A DNA stretch of 32,000 nt from Thermoproteus tenax Kra 1 (GTDB lineage: Archaea > Thermoproteota > Thermoprotei > Thermoproteales > Thermoproteaceae): NCBI RefSeq assembly GCF_000253055.1, contig NC_016070.1, positions 480,001 through 512,000 of the forward strand, written 5' to 3'. Numbering within the stretch: the first letter of the stretch is position 1; each line of letters opens with the position of its first letter. The translations under genes were made by a program, and so were the position numbers. The notes under the pieces were generated by a model, which saw only the letters and a program-made list of their open reading frames with translations, was not told the DNA's origin and did no database searches. Positions 1 through 7,215 of this stretch are shown here, piece after piece.

Positions 1-1
1 G

Positions 2-103
2 CGCACGCCACGGCTCTACGCCGACTGCCCGCAAGATCAAGGCGAGGGTCCCTGCTGTGAACACCGCGTGTGTCGCCAGCTTCACAACGCGGAATTGACA
101 TGA
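2..103 (+). CDS. 3' end of an unidentified CDS entering from upstream (...LYADCPQDQGEGPCCEHRVCRQLHNAELT*)
   Basis: The frame is open from the window edge to TGA 101-103. Third codon positions are G/C-biased, more so than in the competing minus-strand ATG-101 frame. The stop lies directly before the TTAAATA box of the next gene. No family recognised. Confidence 0.25.
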   Translation, partial: RTPRLYADCPQDQGEGPCCEHRVCRQLHNAELT

Positions 104-104
104 C

Positions 105-111
105 TTAAATA
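105..111 (+). promoter_or_regulatory. TATA-like box (TTAAATA) for pelota
   Basis: It is the only AT-rich heptamer between the two genes. It lies about 25 nt upstream of the in-frame GTG at 133, suggesting a leaderless start at 133 rather than 121. Confidence 0.4.
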
Positions 112-120
112 CTGTGCGGC

Positions 121-1143
121 GTGCATAACGGCGTGCAGATAGCTGTGAATAGGAGGAGGCGGACTATAGTAGTAGTCCCCGAGAGGGGGGACGACCTCTA
201 CTTTGTCTACCTCTTGGTGGATAGGGGGGATGTAGTGAGGGGCTGGACAGTCCGGGAGTACAAGCCTGAGGGAGCCAAGGAGGGCCAGAGGATAAAGGTC
301 TATCTAGCCGTCAGAGTGGAGGCGCTGGAGTATCATAAATTTAGAGGCAGCCTCAGAATACGCGGCGTAGTAGTGGAGGCCCAACAAGACCTCGAGGGAG
401 TGAAAGGGAGGAGACATACGTTCGACGTATTGCCGGGAAGAGAGATAGAGATTGAGAAGCCCGAGGGCTACCCAATGGAGCTCGTCGACGAGGTGGCGCG
501 GCTCGCGGCGGCCTCGATGCCCCGCGCACTGTTGGTCTCTGTGGACGACGAGGAGGCGGCTATCGCCTACGTCACGGCCCTCGGCGTGGAGATCTTGGCG
601 GTGTTGGAGAACAGGCGCGGCAGAGGGGATGCGGCCGAATCTAAACAAGAGGCCCTGGGCCCCTTCCTTAAAGATGTAGCTAAGGTCGCAGAACAGTACA
701 GAGTCAGGCTCAAGCCGGACAGAGTGGTTCTTGCGGGACCTCACCTCTACATCGATATGTTGTCCTCCTTCCTCAAGGGAGTTCTGTCTCCGCAGTCCTC
801 CGGCGGCGTAGCGGGAGTCTACGAGTTCCAGAGGAGCGGAAAATTTGAGGAGCTCAGAAGGGCGTTGGGATCGGAGGCCATGGACGAACTGATGAGGACG
901 GCCTCGGACAGACCGGAGCTAATCGCCGTGGGGATAGAGGCGGTGGCCGAGGCGGCCAGAGAGGGGAGGGTCCGGCTCCTCTTGGTGGTCGACCAAGAAC
1001 TGAAGGAGATGGCGGAACAGCTCAGCGAGATCCTGAGGTTGGTCTTTGCTGCCAAGGGGGAGATCAAGATAGTGCCCGCCGAGGGCGAGGCCGGCGAGAG
1101 GCTAAAGGCCATGGGGGGCGTAGCGGCGGTCCTTCGATATTAA
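121..1143 (+). CDS. pelA: Pelota/Dom34-type mRNA surveillance (no-go decay) protein
   Basis: 340-aa ORF. The N-terminal ...RRRRTIVVVPERGDDLYFVYLLVDRGDVVRG... resembles the archaeal pelota N-domain. The central and C-terminal eRF1-like regions end in GGVAAVLRY. The real start is probably GTG 133, given TATA spacing. Confidence 0.85.
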   Translation: MHNGVQIAVNRRRRTIVVVPERGDDLYFVYLLVDRGDVVRGWTVREYKPEGAKEGQRIKVYLAVRVEALEYHKFRGSLRIRGVVVEAQQDLEGVKGRRHTFDVLPGREIEIEKPEGYPMELVDEVARLAAASMPRALLVSVDDEEAAIAYVTALGVEILAVLENRRGRGDAAESKQEALGPFLKDVAKVAEQYRVRLKPDRVVLAGPHLYIDMLSSFLKGVLSPQSSGGVAGVYEFQRSGKFEELRRALGSEAMDELMRTASDRPELIAVGIEAVAEAAREGRVRLLLVVDQELKEMAEQLSEILRLVFAAKGEIKIVPAEGEAGERLKAMGGVAAVLRY

Positions 1144-1171
1144 AAATTTAAATTTAGATCCAAACTGAGTT

Positions 1172-1339
1172 ATGGTGAAATGGGCTCTGCCCGCGCTACT
1201 CTACGTCCTCAGCGCCGTGGCGGTGGCGATGGGCATCCTCATCCTCTACTACGATAGAAAGGCGGCCGAGCTCGCCGTGGGCGGGATAGCTGTGGGCCTC
1301 GCGGCGCCGGCGGTCTACGCCGTATTGAGGAAGAGATAA
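1172..1339 (+). CDS. small membrane protein, 55 aa, two predicted TM helices (below the ORF-track size cut-off)
   Basis: ATG 1172 to TAA 1337-1339 gives MVKWALPALLYVLSAVAVAMGILILYYDRKAAELAVGGIAVGLAAPAVYAVLRKR. It has two hydrophobic stretches separated by DRKAAE, and strong G/C third-position bias like neighbouring genes. AT-rich AAATTTAAATTTA lies upstream. Confidence 0.55.
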   Translation: MVKWALPALLYVLSAVAVAMGILILYYDRKAAELAVGGIAVGLAAPAVYAVLRKR

Positions 1340-1362
1340 ATTGTTGTACATAACATCCTTAT

Positions 1363-2271
1363 ATGAGGCTCGAGGGGGTCATTGCTGCCACCGTAACGCC
1401 GTTTACTAAGGACGGCGTAAACTACGAGGCCCTCAAGCTTCTCTTGGAGCGCCTTGCGTCGCAGGGCTACGGCCTGTTTCCCTCCTCCTCCACGGGCGAG
1501 GTGACGAAGCTCAAGCCCGAGGAGAGAATAAGGGTGGCCGAGCTCGCCGTAGATGTCGCCAGAGGCAGAGTGCCCGTCATAGCGGGGACTGGGACCGGCG
1601 ACCACCTCAGCACGATCGAGATGGCGAGGAAGTATAAAGACGTCGGAGTAGACGCAGTCCTGGTCACTCCGCCCTACTATATCCAAGGCGATTGGGCGGG
1701 CATATACGCGTTCTATAAAAAGGTCTTGGACGCAGTAGACGTCCCAGTGGTTCTCTACACAATACCTCTGGCCGTCGGCTACAATATACCCGCCGAGGTC
1801 TTCGACTTAGTTACGACGGAATACAGCAACGTAGTTGCCGTTAAAGACAGCTCGGGGGACTTCAGATACCACATGGAGTTGATCTACTTAATAGGCAATA
1901 GGACTTCGGTCCTACAGGGAGTCGATATGTTCTTCGTCCCCAGCTTGATTGTCGGCGCTAGGGGCGGCATACTGGGCGGGCCAAACTTCTTGGGCCAGCT
2001 CCCGCTGAGGCTGTACCACATGGTGAAAGAGGGCAGAATAGCCGAGGCTGTGGAGATACATCAGAAGCTCATGGAGCTCTGGAGGTTCATGGGCGGGTGC
2101 GGCCTGACTGGGAAGCTCGGCGGAAAGTGGCCCACGCTATACAAAGTGGCGACGCAGCTGGTCACTGGGATAGACATGGGTCCGCCGAGGGAGCCCCTCC
2201 CGCCGGTCGACGACAAAGACAAGGCCGAGCTCAAGAGGATCTTGGACAAGCTGGCGCCCCTCTATAGATAG
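1363..2271 (+). CDS. DapA/DHDPS-family class I (Schiff-base) aldolase, KD(P)G-aldolase/dihydrodipicolinate synthase-like
   Basis: 302 aa with the family motifs SSSTGE, TPPYY and the Schiff-base lysine context VVAVKDSSGD. Substrate specificity cannot be assigned by eye. Confidence 0.85.
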   Translation: MRLEGVIAATVTPFTKDGVNYEALKLLLERLASQGYGLFPSSSTGEVTKLKPEERIRVAELAVDVARGRVPVIAGTGTGDHLSTIEMARKYKDVGVDAVLVTPPYYIQGDWAGIYAFYKKVLDAVDVPVVLYTIPLAVGYNIPAEVFDLVTTEYSNVVAVKDSSGDFRYHMELIYLIGNRTSVLQGVDMFFVPSLIVGARGGILGGPNFLGQLPLRLYHMVKEGRIAEAVEIHQKLMELWRFMGGCGLTGKLGGKWPTLYKVATQLVTGIDMGPPREPLPPVDDKDKAELKRILDKLAPLYR

Positions 2272-2297
2272 TCTTTATATACACTATAGAGTTTTTC

Positions 2298-2570
2298 GTG
2301 GACCTAGTTGTGGTTTCCGTCCTGGGCGCGGACCGCGTCGGAATAGTGGCGGGAATAGCCAACGTCTTGGCTAGACACAATGCGAATATAGTCGATATAG
2401 CCCAGACAGTCATCAGAGACATCTTTTCAATGATAATGTTGGTGGACATCTCCAAGGCAGACGTAGATATAGCGCGGCTCAGGCAGGAGCTTGAGGAGGC
2501 CGCCAAAGGGCTCGGGGTAATAGTCGCAGTGCACCATATAGACGTCTTCAGATATATGCAAAGGATATGA
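2298..2570 (+). CDS. ACT-domain protein, UPF0237 family
   Basis: 90 aa with a GTG start. VLGADRVGIVAGIANVLARHNANIVDIAQTVIRDIFSMIMLVD is the typical UPF0237 ACT fold signature. Its stop overlaps the next start (ATGA). Confidence 0.85.
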   Translation: MDLVVVSVLGADRVGIVAGIANVLARHNANIVDIAQTVIRDIFSMIMLVDISKADVDIARLRQELEEAAKGLGVIVAVHHIDVFRYMQRI

Positions 2571-3916
2571 GGCTGTTCGCGCCCGAGGAGATAGGGGAGG
2601 TCCTAGAGATGATAATGTTCAGAGAGCTCGACATAAGGGCCGTCACTCTGAGCGTGAACACATTGCCGGCCATGCGGGGCGATGTGGAGTCCACCATATC
2701 TGCCCTGAGGGAGCTCCTTAAGCCCTACCTAGAGCGTTTCAGACCCGCCGTAGATAAAATAGCAGACAAACTTGGAGTCAGGATTGTGACGGCGCGCCTC
2801 GCCGTGAGCCCCGTCAGCATTATGTTGGAGCCATTGGGGAAGTCCGACGACGGCGTCGAGATAGCTAGGGCTCTGGACGAACTGGCCGAGGCCTACGGAG
2901 TGGACATGGTAGGCGGCTTCTCGGCCTTCGTCCACGGAGGATCCTCCCGCGGAGATCGGGCGCTCATCGGCGCGCTCCCGGCCGCCTTGAACTCGACCAA
3001 AAGGCTCAGCGGCTTCGTGAACGCAGCCTCCACCTCGACTGGGATAAATATGGACGCCGTAGTGGAGGCGGCGCGCGCTATACTCCAGATGAGGCCCGAG
3101 GCCGCGGCGCGCTTCGCCGTGACCGCCAATGTGCCCGAGGACGTCCCCTTCATGCCCGCCGCCCACCACGGCCTCGGCCTGCCCGACGCCGTAGTTAACG
3201 TGGCCGTGAGCGGGCCCGGCGTCATCGAGACCGTAGTGAGGAGCTTGGGCAACGCAGACTTGAGGTCGTTGCACGACGCCATAAAGAGGGCGGCTTTCAA
3301 GATAACGAGGCTGGGCGAGCTCGTGGGCAGAGAGGTGGCGCGGGAGATAGGCGTCAAGTTCGGCGCAGTGGATCTCTCCGTGGCTCCGTCGCCTAAGGTG
3401 GGAGACAGTGTAGCCGGAATCCTCGAGGCCATCGGTCTCCCGAGGGCCGGCGCTCCCGGCTCTGTCTTTGCCCTCTCGTTGTTCGTCGACGCAGTCAAGA
3501 AGGGGGGAGCCATGGCCGCTTCAACTATCGGAGGATTGAGCGGCGCCTTTATACCTGTGAGCGAGGACGCCTTGATGGCCAAGGCGGCTGAGGAGGGGTC
3601 CTTGAGCTTCGACGCTCTCAAGGCCATGTCCGCCGTGTGTAATACGGGCATAGATATGGCGGGAATCCCTGGCGATACTCCGCCCGAGGTCGTTGCCGCC
3701 CTGGTGGCCGACATAATGGCGTTGGCGACCGCGTTGGACAAGCCCTTGGGGGTTAGGCTCGTCCCAGTGCCAGGCGGCAGGCCTGGAGACAGCTACGACT
3801 TGGGCGGACTCTATGGGAGGGTGGTCGTGATGGACGTTGGACGATACAAGGAGATACCGGTGGTCAGACGGGGCGGCGTGGCGCCTCCCGGCGTATGGAG
3901 GCTGAGAGCTGGCTGA
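2567..3916 (+). CDS. UPF0210/DUF711 family protein (function unknown)
   Basis: 449 aa. The N-terminus ...FRELDIRAVTLSVNTL... and the overall Gly/Ala-rich pattern match my memory of UPF0210. It has the conserved pairing with the upstream ACT protein. Confidence 0.8.
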   Translation: MRLFAPEEIGEVLEMIMFRELDIRAVTLSVNTLPAMRGDVESTISALRELLKPYLERFRPAVDKIADKLGVRIVTARLAVSPVSIMLEPLGKSDDGVEIARALDELAEAYGVDMVGGFSAFVHGGSSRGDRALIGALPAALNSTKRLSGFVNAASTSTGINMDAVVEAARAILQMRPEAAARFAVTANVPEDVPFMPAAHHGLGLPDAVVNVAVSGPGVIETVVRSLGNADLRSLHDAIKRAAFKITRLGELVGREVAREIGVKFGAVDLSVAPSPKVGDSVAGILEAIGLPRAGAPGSVFALSLFVDAVKKGGAMAASTIGGLSGAFIPVSEDALMAKAAEEGSLSFDALKAMSAVCNTGIDMAGIPGDTPPEVVAALVADIMALATALDKPLGVRLVPVPGGRPGDSYDLGGLYGRVVVMDVGRYKEIPVVRRGGVAPPGVWRLRAG

Positions 3917-3958
3917 CTTGTCCATTTAAAAAATGCCCGGAAGACCGGCGTTTGCGTT

Positions 3959-3973
3959 GAAATTTATTTAAAA
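3959..3973 (+). promoter_or_regulatory. TATA-like box (AAATTTATTTAAAAT) for purP
   Basis: AT-rich box centred about 27 nt upstream of ATG 3993. Confidence 0.45.
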
Positions 3974-3992
3974 TGGGAACTTAAAAAGGGCT

Positions 3993-5036
3993 ATGTCCGG
4001 AGTCTCCATATCGGTCCTCGCCTCTCACAGCGCGTTGGACGTGCTGGACGGCGCCAAGGACGAGGGCTTCAAGACGATCGCGGTGGCCAAAAGAGGGAGG
4101 GAGAGGGCATATAGAGAGTTCCCAGTGGTGGACGAGCTCATAGTCCTGGATGACTATAGAGACATAGTGAAGGTGATAGACAAGCTCAAGGGCTCTGTGT
4201 TTGTCCCCAACAGGTCCTTCGCAGTGTATGTGGGCTACGACGCCATAGAGAGGGATTTCCCGGTGCCCATATTTGGGAACAGATATCTGCTCCGCTGGGA
4301 GGAGAGGGCGGGACCCTACAACTACTACAGGCTGTTGGACGAGGCCGGCATAAGGAGGCCCAAGACGTTTGCGTCGCCCGACGAAGTCGACCGTCCAGTG
4401 ATGGTCAAGTTGCCCGAGGCCGAGAGGAGGGTGGAGAGGGGGTTCTTTATAGCCAGAGACAGAGACGATCTCTGGCGCAAGGCGAGGCGTTTGGCAGAGA
4501 GGGGCATTATAAGGCTCGACGACCTCTCTAGGGCCTCTATAGAGGAGCTCGTGTTAGGCGCCCACTTTAACGCCAACTACTTCTACTCGCCCTTGTTCAA
4601 GCGGCTGGAGCTCCACAGTTTCGACAGAAGGATACAGAGCAACCTCGACGGAGTCTACCGACTGCCGGCGAGAGATCAAGTCGAGCTGGACGTGGACGTG
4701 AGATACGTCGAGGTCGGCCACGAGCCGGCCACGATAAGAGAGAGCCTCTTGGAGAAGGTATTCGACATAGGCTATCGCTTCACAGAGGCGGCCGCCAGAC
4801 TCGTGAAGCCTGGGGTGATCGGGCCGTTCACGCTCCAGTTCCTGGTGACACCAGAGCTGGACTTAGTGGTCTACGATGTGGCCCCGAGGATCGGCGGAGG
4901 CACTAACGCCTACGTCGGCATTGGAGGCCAGTACTCCAAACTCTACTGGGGCAGGCCCATCTCTGTGGGCAGACGTATAGCGATAGAGATCAAGGAGGCC
5001 ATTAGGCAAAACAAACTGGAGGAGGTGACCACATGA
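3993..5036 (+). CDS. purP: 5-formaminoimidazole-4-carboxamide ribonucleotide (FAICAR) synthetase PurP, ATP-grasp
   Basis: 347 aa. The N-terminal [23 protein letters not shown] is the PurP signature, followed by an ATP-grasp-like C-half. Confidence 0.85.
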   Translation: MSGVSISVLASHSALDVLDGAKDEGFKTIAVAKRGRERAYREFPVVDELIVLDDYRDIVKVIDKLKGSVFVPNRSFAVYVGYDAIERDFPVPIFGNRYLLRWEERAGPYNYYRLLDEAGIRRPKTFASPDEVDRPVMVKLPEAERRVERGFFIARDRDDLWRKARRLAERGIIRLDDLSRASIEELVLGAHFNANYFYSPLFKRLELHSFDRRIQSNLDGVYRLPARDQVELDVDVRYVEVGHEPATIRESLLEKVFDIGYRFTEAAARLVKPGVIGPFTLQFLVTPELDLVVYDVAPRIGGGTNAYVGIGGQYSKLYWGRPISVGRRIAIEIKEAIRQNKLEEVTT

Positions 5037-6040
5037 TCGAGCGTTTGATCAAGGGCTACGACCTCGACAAGTTGGCCGTGGCAACCATTGCCTCGCATAC
5101 AGCCCTCCACATACTTAGAGGCGCCAAGTTGTACGGCTTTAGAACTATTGCGGTCGCCAGACCCAACACGGCGTGGTTCTACAGACAGTTCCAGTTCATC
5201 GACGAGGTGTGGGAGGCCGACTTCTCCAACTTTAGGCCGGTAGCTGAGAGACTATCGAGACAGAACGCAGTCTTGGTCCCCCACGGCTCATACGTCGAGT
5301 ACGTCGGCTGGAGACAAGCGCTCGAGGCGCCCGTGCCGACTCTCGGCGTCAGGAGGCTTATAGAGATAGAGGCGGACCAGTTCAAAAAGATGGGCTTGTT
5401 GGAGAGGGCAGGTATCCCGACCCCGCGGGTGTATAACAGCGCCGACGAAGTCACAGGCCCTGTCATTGTGAAGCTCTTTGGCGCCAAGGGGGGCAGAGGC
5501 TACTTTTTCGCTAGAGACAAGAGGGAGCTCGCCGAGAGGCTGGCCAACCTGGCAGAGCCGCACATAATCCAGGAGTACGTCTTCGGCGTTCCGGCTTACT
5601 ACCACTACTTCGCCTCTCCGATGTACTCCCGCGTTGAGATCTTCGGCATGGACATACGCTATGAGACAAACGTAGACGGCAGGACCTTCGGCCTCGTCGA
5701 ACCGTCCTTCGTCGTCGTGGGCAACTTGCCCTTGGTTCTGAGGGAGTCCCTCTTGCCGACAGTGCAGAGATATGGCGAGGCATTCGCCAAGGCTGTGCGG
5801 GAGACCTTGGGCGAGGATATGAAGGGACCCTACTCCCTCGAGTCCATAATAAAGGACGATATGTCCATAGTGGTGTTTGAGTTCTCTGGGCGCATCGTGG
5901 CCGGCACCAATGTGTACATGGGCGTCGGATCGCCCTACTCAGTCCTCTATTTCGATAAGCCCATGGATATGGGGACGCGTATAGCTCACGAGTTGGACGA
6001 AGCACGCAAGAGGGGCGCGCTTGAGAGAATAGTCAGTTAG
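5033..6040 (+). CDS. PurP-family paralogue (ATP-grasp)
   Basis: 335 aa. [23 protein letters not shown] plus collinear similarity to the upstream PurP. The start overlaps the upstream stop (ATGA). Confidence 0.8.
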   Translation: MIERLIKGYDLDKLAVATIASHTALHILRGAKLYGFRTIAVARPNTAWFYRQFQFIDEVWEADFSNFRPVAERLSRQNAVLVPHGSYVEYVGWRQALEAPVPTLGVRRLIEIEADQFKKMGLLERAGIPTPRVYNSADEVTGPVIVKLFGAKGGRGYFFARDKRELAERLANLAEPHIIQEYVFGVPAYYHYFASPMYSRVEIFGMDIRYETNVDGRTFGLVEPSFVVVGNLPLVLRESLLPTVQRYGEAFAKAVRETLGEDMKGPYSLESIIKDDMSIVVFEFSGRIVAGTNVYMGVGSPYSVLYFDKPMDMGTRIAHELDEARKRGALERIVS

Positions 6041-6060
6041 GCGTCAGATGTATGACCGCT

Positions 6061-6112
6061 CCCCGACCTGAAGGGCGAGGCTTTCGGTTGTAACAAGGGC
6101 TCCCCCTTGTTA
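6061..6112 (+). repeat. copy A of a recurring 3'-flank element (CCTG-AAGGGCG-N-TCGGTTGTAA plus 9-bp hairpin)
   Basis: CCTGAAGGGCGAGGCTTTCGGTTGTAAC, followed by or overlapping a perfect hairpin TAACAAGGG(6091-6099)/CCCTTGTTA(6104-6112). It starts about 25 nt after the purP-paralogue stop, in sense orientation. Related copies lie at 13564-13603(-), 15305-15322(+) and 16105-16140(-). Confidence 0.5.
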
Positions 6113-6250
6113 TACTGGCCCTCCTCCGGGGAGCTCGGAGCGTCCGCTTGAGCCGCGCTGGGCAACCCAGGCGGGCAGGGGCCCGGCAACGGATGCGTCG
6201 TTCGGCCGAATCCCCAAGCTAGAATAGAGGGGAGAACTCTAGGAGTGGAA
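6113..6250. ncRNA. G+C-rich, helix-dense non-coding block (candidate structured RNA, class unknown)
   Basis: No ORF on either strand, and G+C-rich whereas other spacers here are AT-rich. Helices visible by eye: CTCCG(6124-28)/CGGAG(6136-40); GCGTCCG(6140-46)/CGGATGC(6190-96) with one G-U that only works on the + strand; CCGC-g-CTGGG caa CCCAG-GCGG (6153-6174); TCCCC(6211-15)/GGGGA(6229-33). There is also a 10-nt palindrome TTCGGCCGAA (6201-6210). Confidence 0.35.
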
Positions 6251-6303
6251 CGTCAGCCAGCCGCCACAGTCTCACCGATCGTCTGTGGTCAGTCTCATCA
6301 CCT
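6251..6303 (-). ncRNA. C/D box sRNA candidate (2'-O-methylation guide)
   Basis: The minus strand reads GTGATGA(C, 6301-6295)-GACTGACCACAG(12 nt)-ACGA(D', degenerate)-TCG-GTGAGAC(C', degenerate)-TGTGGCGGCTGG(12 nt)-CTGA(D, 6256-6253). This is the canonical archaeal 7-12-4-3-7-12-4 geometry. TTAAAAGG on the minus strand lies about 24 nt upstream as a possible TATA. The D guide is complementary to CCAGCCGCCGCG (10 Watson-Crick + 2 G-U pairs). Confidence 0.6.
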
Positions 6304-6310
6304 TTTATAT
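6303..6310 (+). promoter_or_regulatory. TATA-like box (TTTTATAT) for the MBL hydrolase gene
   Basis: Centred 24 nt upstream of ATG 6330. Confidence 0.5.
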
Positions 6311-6329
6311 CAACAACAACCACCTTTTA

Positions 6330-7154
6330 ATGGAGCTGAGGAAGGGGGTCCTTCTGATCAAGGGATCGCCCAACACGTTGATCGTAGAGGGCAAGTACGT
6401 CATTGACCCGGGCAATCCAGCCGAGAGGGCCTCCGAGATCGCGAGGGCGCTCGGCGGGTCTCAGCCTATTGTGCTGTTGACTCACTATCACGCAGACCAT
6501 CTGGCCGCCACGCCGGACGGCGCCTTGGTCTACGCGCCCTGGGGGGAGGAGCTCTTGGTGGAGAACACGAGGGCCCGTCTCTTTTACACCCACGGCGTCT
6601 TTGTGCCTAACGCCGTCTATATCGGCAGAGACCTTAAGACGGCCGGCGTAGTGAGGCCGGGCGATAGAATCAGCAGTATAGAGGCCGTGGATCTGAGGGG
6701 ACACACTCTGGGGCACTTGGGCTATTATGTTGACGGAGTGTTGTACGCAGGCGACGCCATCTTCGGAGACGCCGTCTTAAAGCGGTACGGAGCCCCCTAT
6801 ATAAACGATGTTGACTTGTTTTTGAGTTCACTGGATAAGATAGCCTCTCTGGAGCCGGAGGTCCTCGTGATGGGCCACGGCCCCGTCGCGGGGAGCAAGA
6901 AGAGAATCCGGGAGCTCGTGGAGGCCAACAAAGGCGCTGTAGAGAGGGCTCTCTCGCTCCTTGAATCTCTGCTGCCGGGCGACCCCACCTCGCTCGCCGT
7001 GAGGATCTTGAGAGAGTTAAACGCAGAGAGGAGTTGGGAGAATGTGCTCTTGACCACCACTATTGTGAGGGCTCTCCTCAGCAAGCTTGCGGCCGAGGGG
7101 AGGGCATACCCTGACGACGAGGGGACGTGGCATAGCCAACCTCATTTACGATAA
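6330..7154 (+). CDS. metallo-beta-lactamase-fold hydrolase
   Basis: It has the HxHxDH motif (LTHYHADH), plus a later GHTLGH and MGHGP. I prefer ATG 6330 (MELRKG...) over the track's GTG 6285, because of TATA spacing and the non-protein-like 15-aa extension. Confidence 0.8.
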   Translation: MELRKGVLLIKGSPNTLIVEGKYVIDPGNPAERASEIARALGGSQPIVLLTHYHADHLAATPDGALVYAPWGEELLVENTRARLFYTHGVFVPNAVYIGRDLKTAGVVRPGDRISSIEAVDLRGHTLGHLGYYVDGVLYAGDAIFGDAVLKRYGAPYINDVDLFLSSLDKIASLEPEVLVMGHGPVAGSKKRIRELVEANKGAVERALSLLESLLPGDPTSLAVRILRELNAERSWENVLLTTTIVRALLSKLAAEGRAYPDDEGTWHSQPHLR

Positions 7155-7184
7155 TTGACGATAATGTATTAAGCCATAAGACGA

Positions 7185-7196
7185 AATATTTAAATA
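7185..7196 (+). promoter_or_regulatory. TATA-like box (AATATTTAAATA) for the 51-aa ORF
   Basis: Centred about 26 nt upstream of ATG 7216. Confidence 0.45.
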
Positions 7197-7215
7197 GAGG
7201 AGCCCAACGCGCTCC

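Noticed and set aside
1-101. Minus-strand ORF starting at ATG 101 (MSIPRCEAGDTRGVHSRDPRLDLAGSRRRAVAC...) running off the left edge.
   Set aside because: The composition is Arg-rich and implausible, third-position G/C bias is weaker than in the plus frame, and there is no room for a promoter between it and pelota. The plus-strand C-terminal fragment is preferred, though only weakly.
889-895. C-box-like heptamers inside coding regions: CTGATGA at 889-895, ATGATGA at 19276-19282 and TGATGA at 20287-20292.
   Set aside because: No D or D' boxes at the required 12-nt guide spacing, and they are embedded in well-supported CDSs. Most likely chance occurrences.
2893-3741. 282-aa ORF antisense to the UPF0210 gene. 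Similar long antisense or overlapping ORFs occur at 304-744, 2729-3274, 5511-6005, 8984-9736, 17522-18037, 18632-19336, 20660-21203, 22264-22740, 28439-28873, 29309-29695 and 30950-31645.
   Set aside because: All lie opposite or out of frame within confidently recognised genes. They are Ala/Ser/Pro/Arg/Gly-rich and low in complexity, and they lack any motif. This is the typical stop-codon-poor shadow frame of G+C-rich coding DNA.
6041-6300. Possibility that the G+C-rich spacer is SRP (7S) RNA, RNase P RNA (including the reduced Pyrobaculum type), 5S rRNA or an intron-containing tRNA.
   Set aside because: I looked on both strands for the SRP helix-8 signature (CAGG-stem-GNRA-stem-AGCA), the RNase P CR-I/CR-V motifs (GGAAAGUCC, ACAGAA..CGGCUUA), a T-arm GTTCRAATC with a matching acceptor stem, and 5S-like sequence. 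None was present beyond short partial matches (for example GCAACGG). The identity stays open rather than assigned.
6285-6329. GTG 6285 as the start of the MBL hydrolase (ORF-track N-terminal extension MVSLITFYINNNHLL).
   Set aside because: The extension would be translated from the TATA box and promoter DNA itself. ATG 6330 lies 24 nt downstream of TTTTATAT, as for other genes here.
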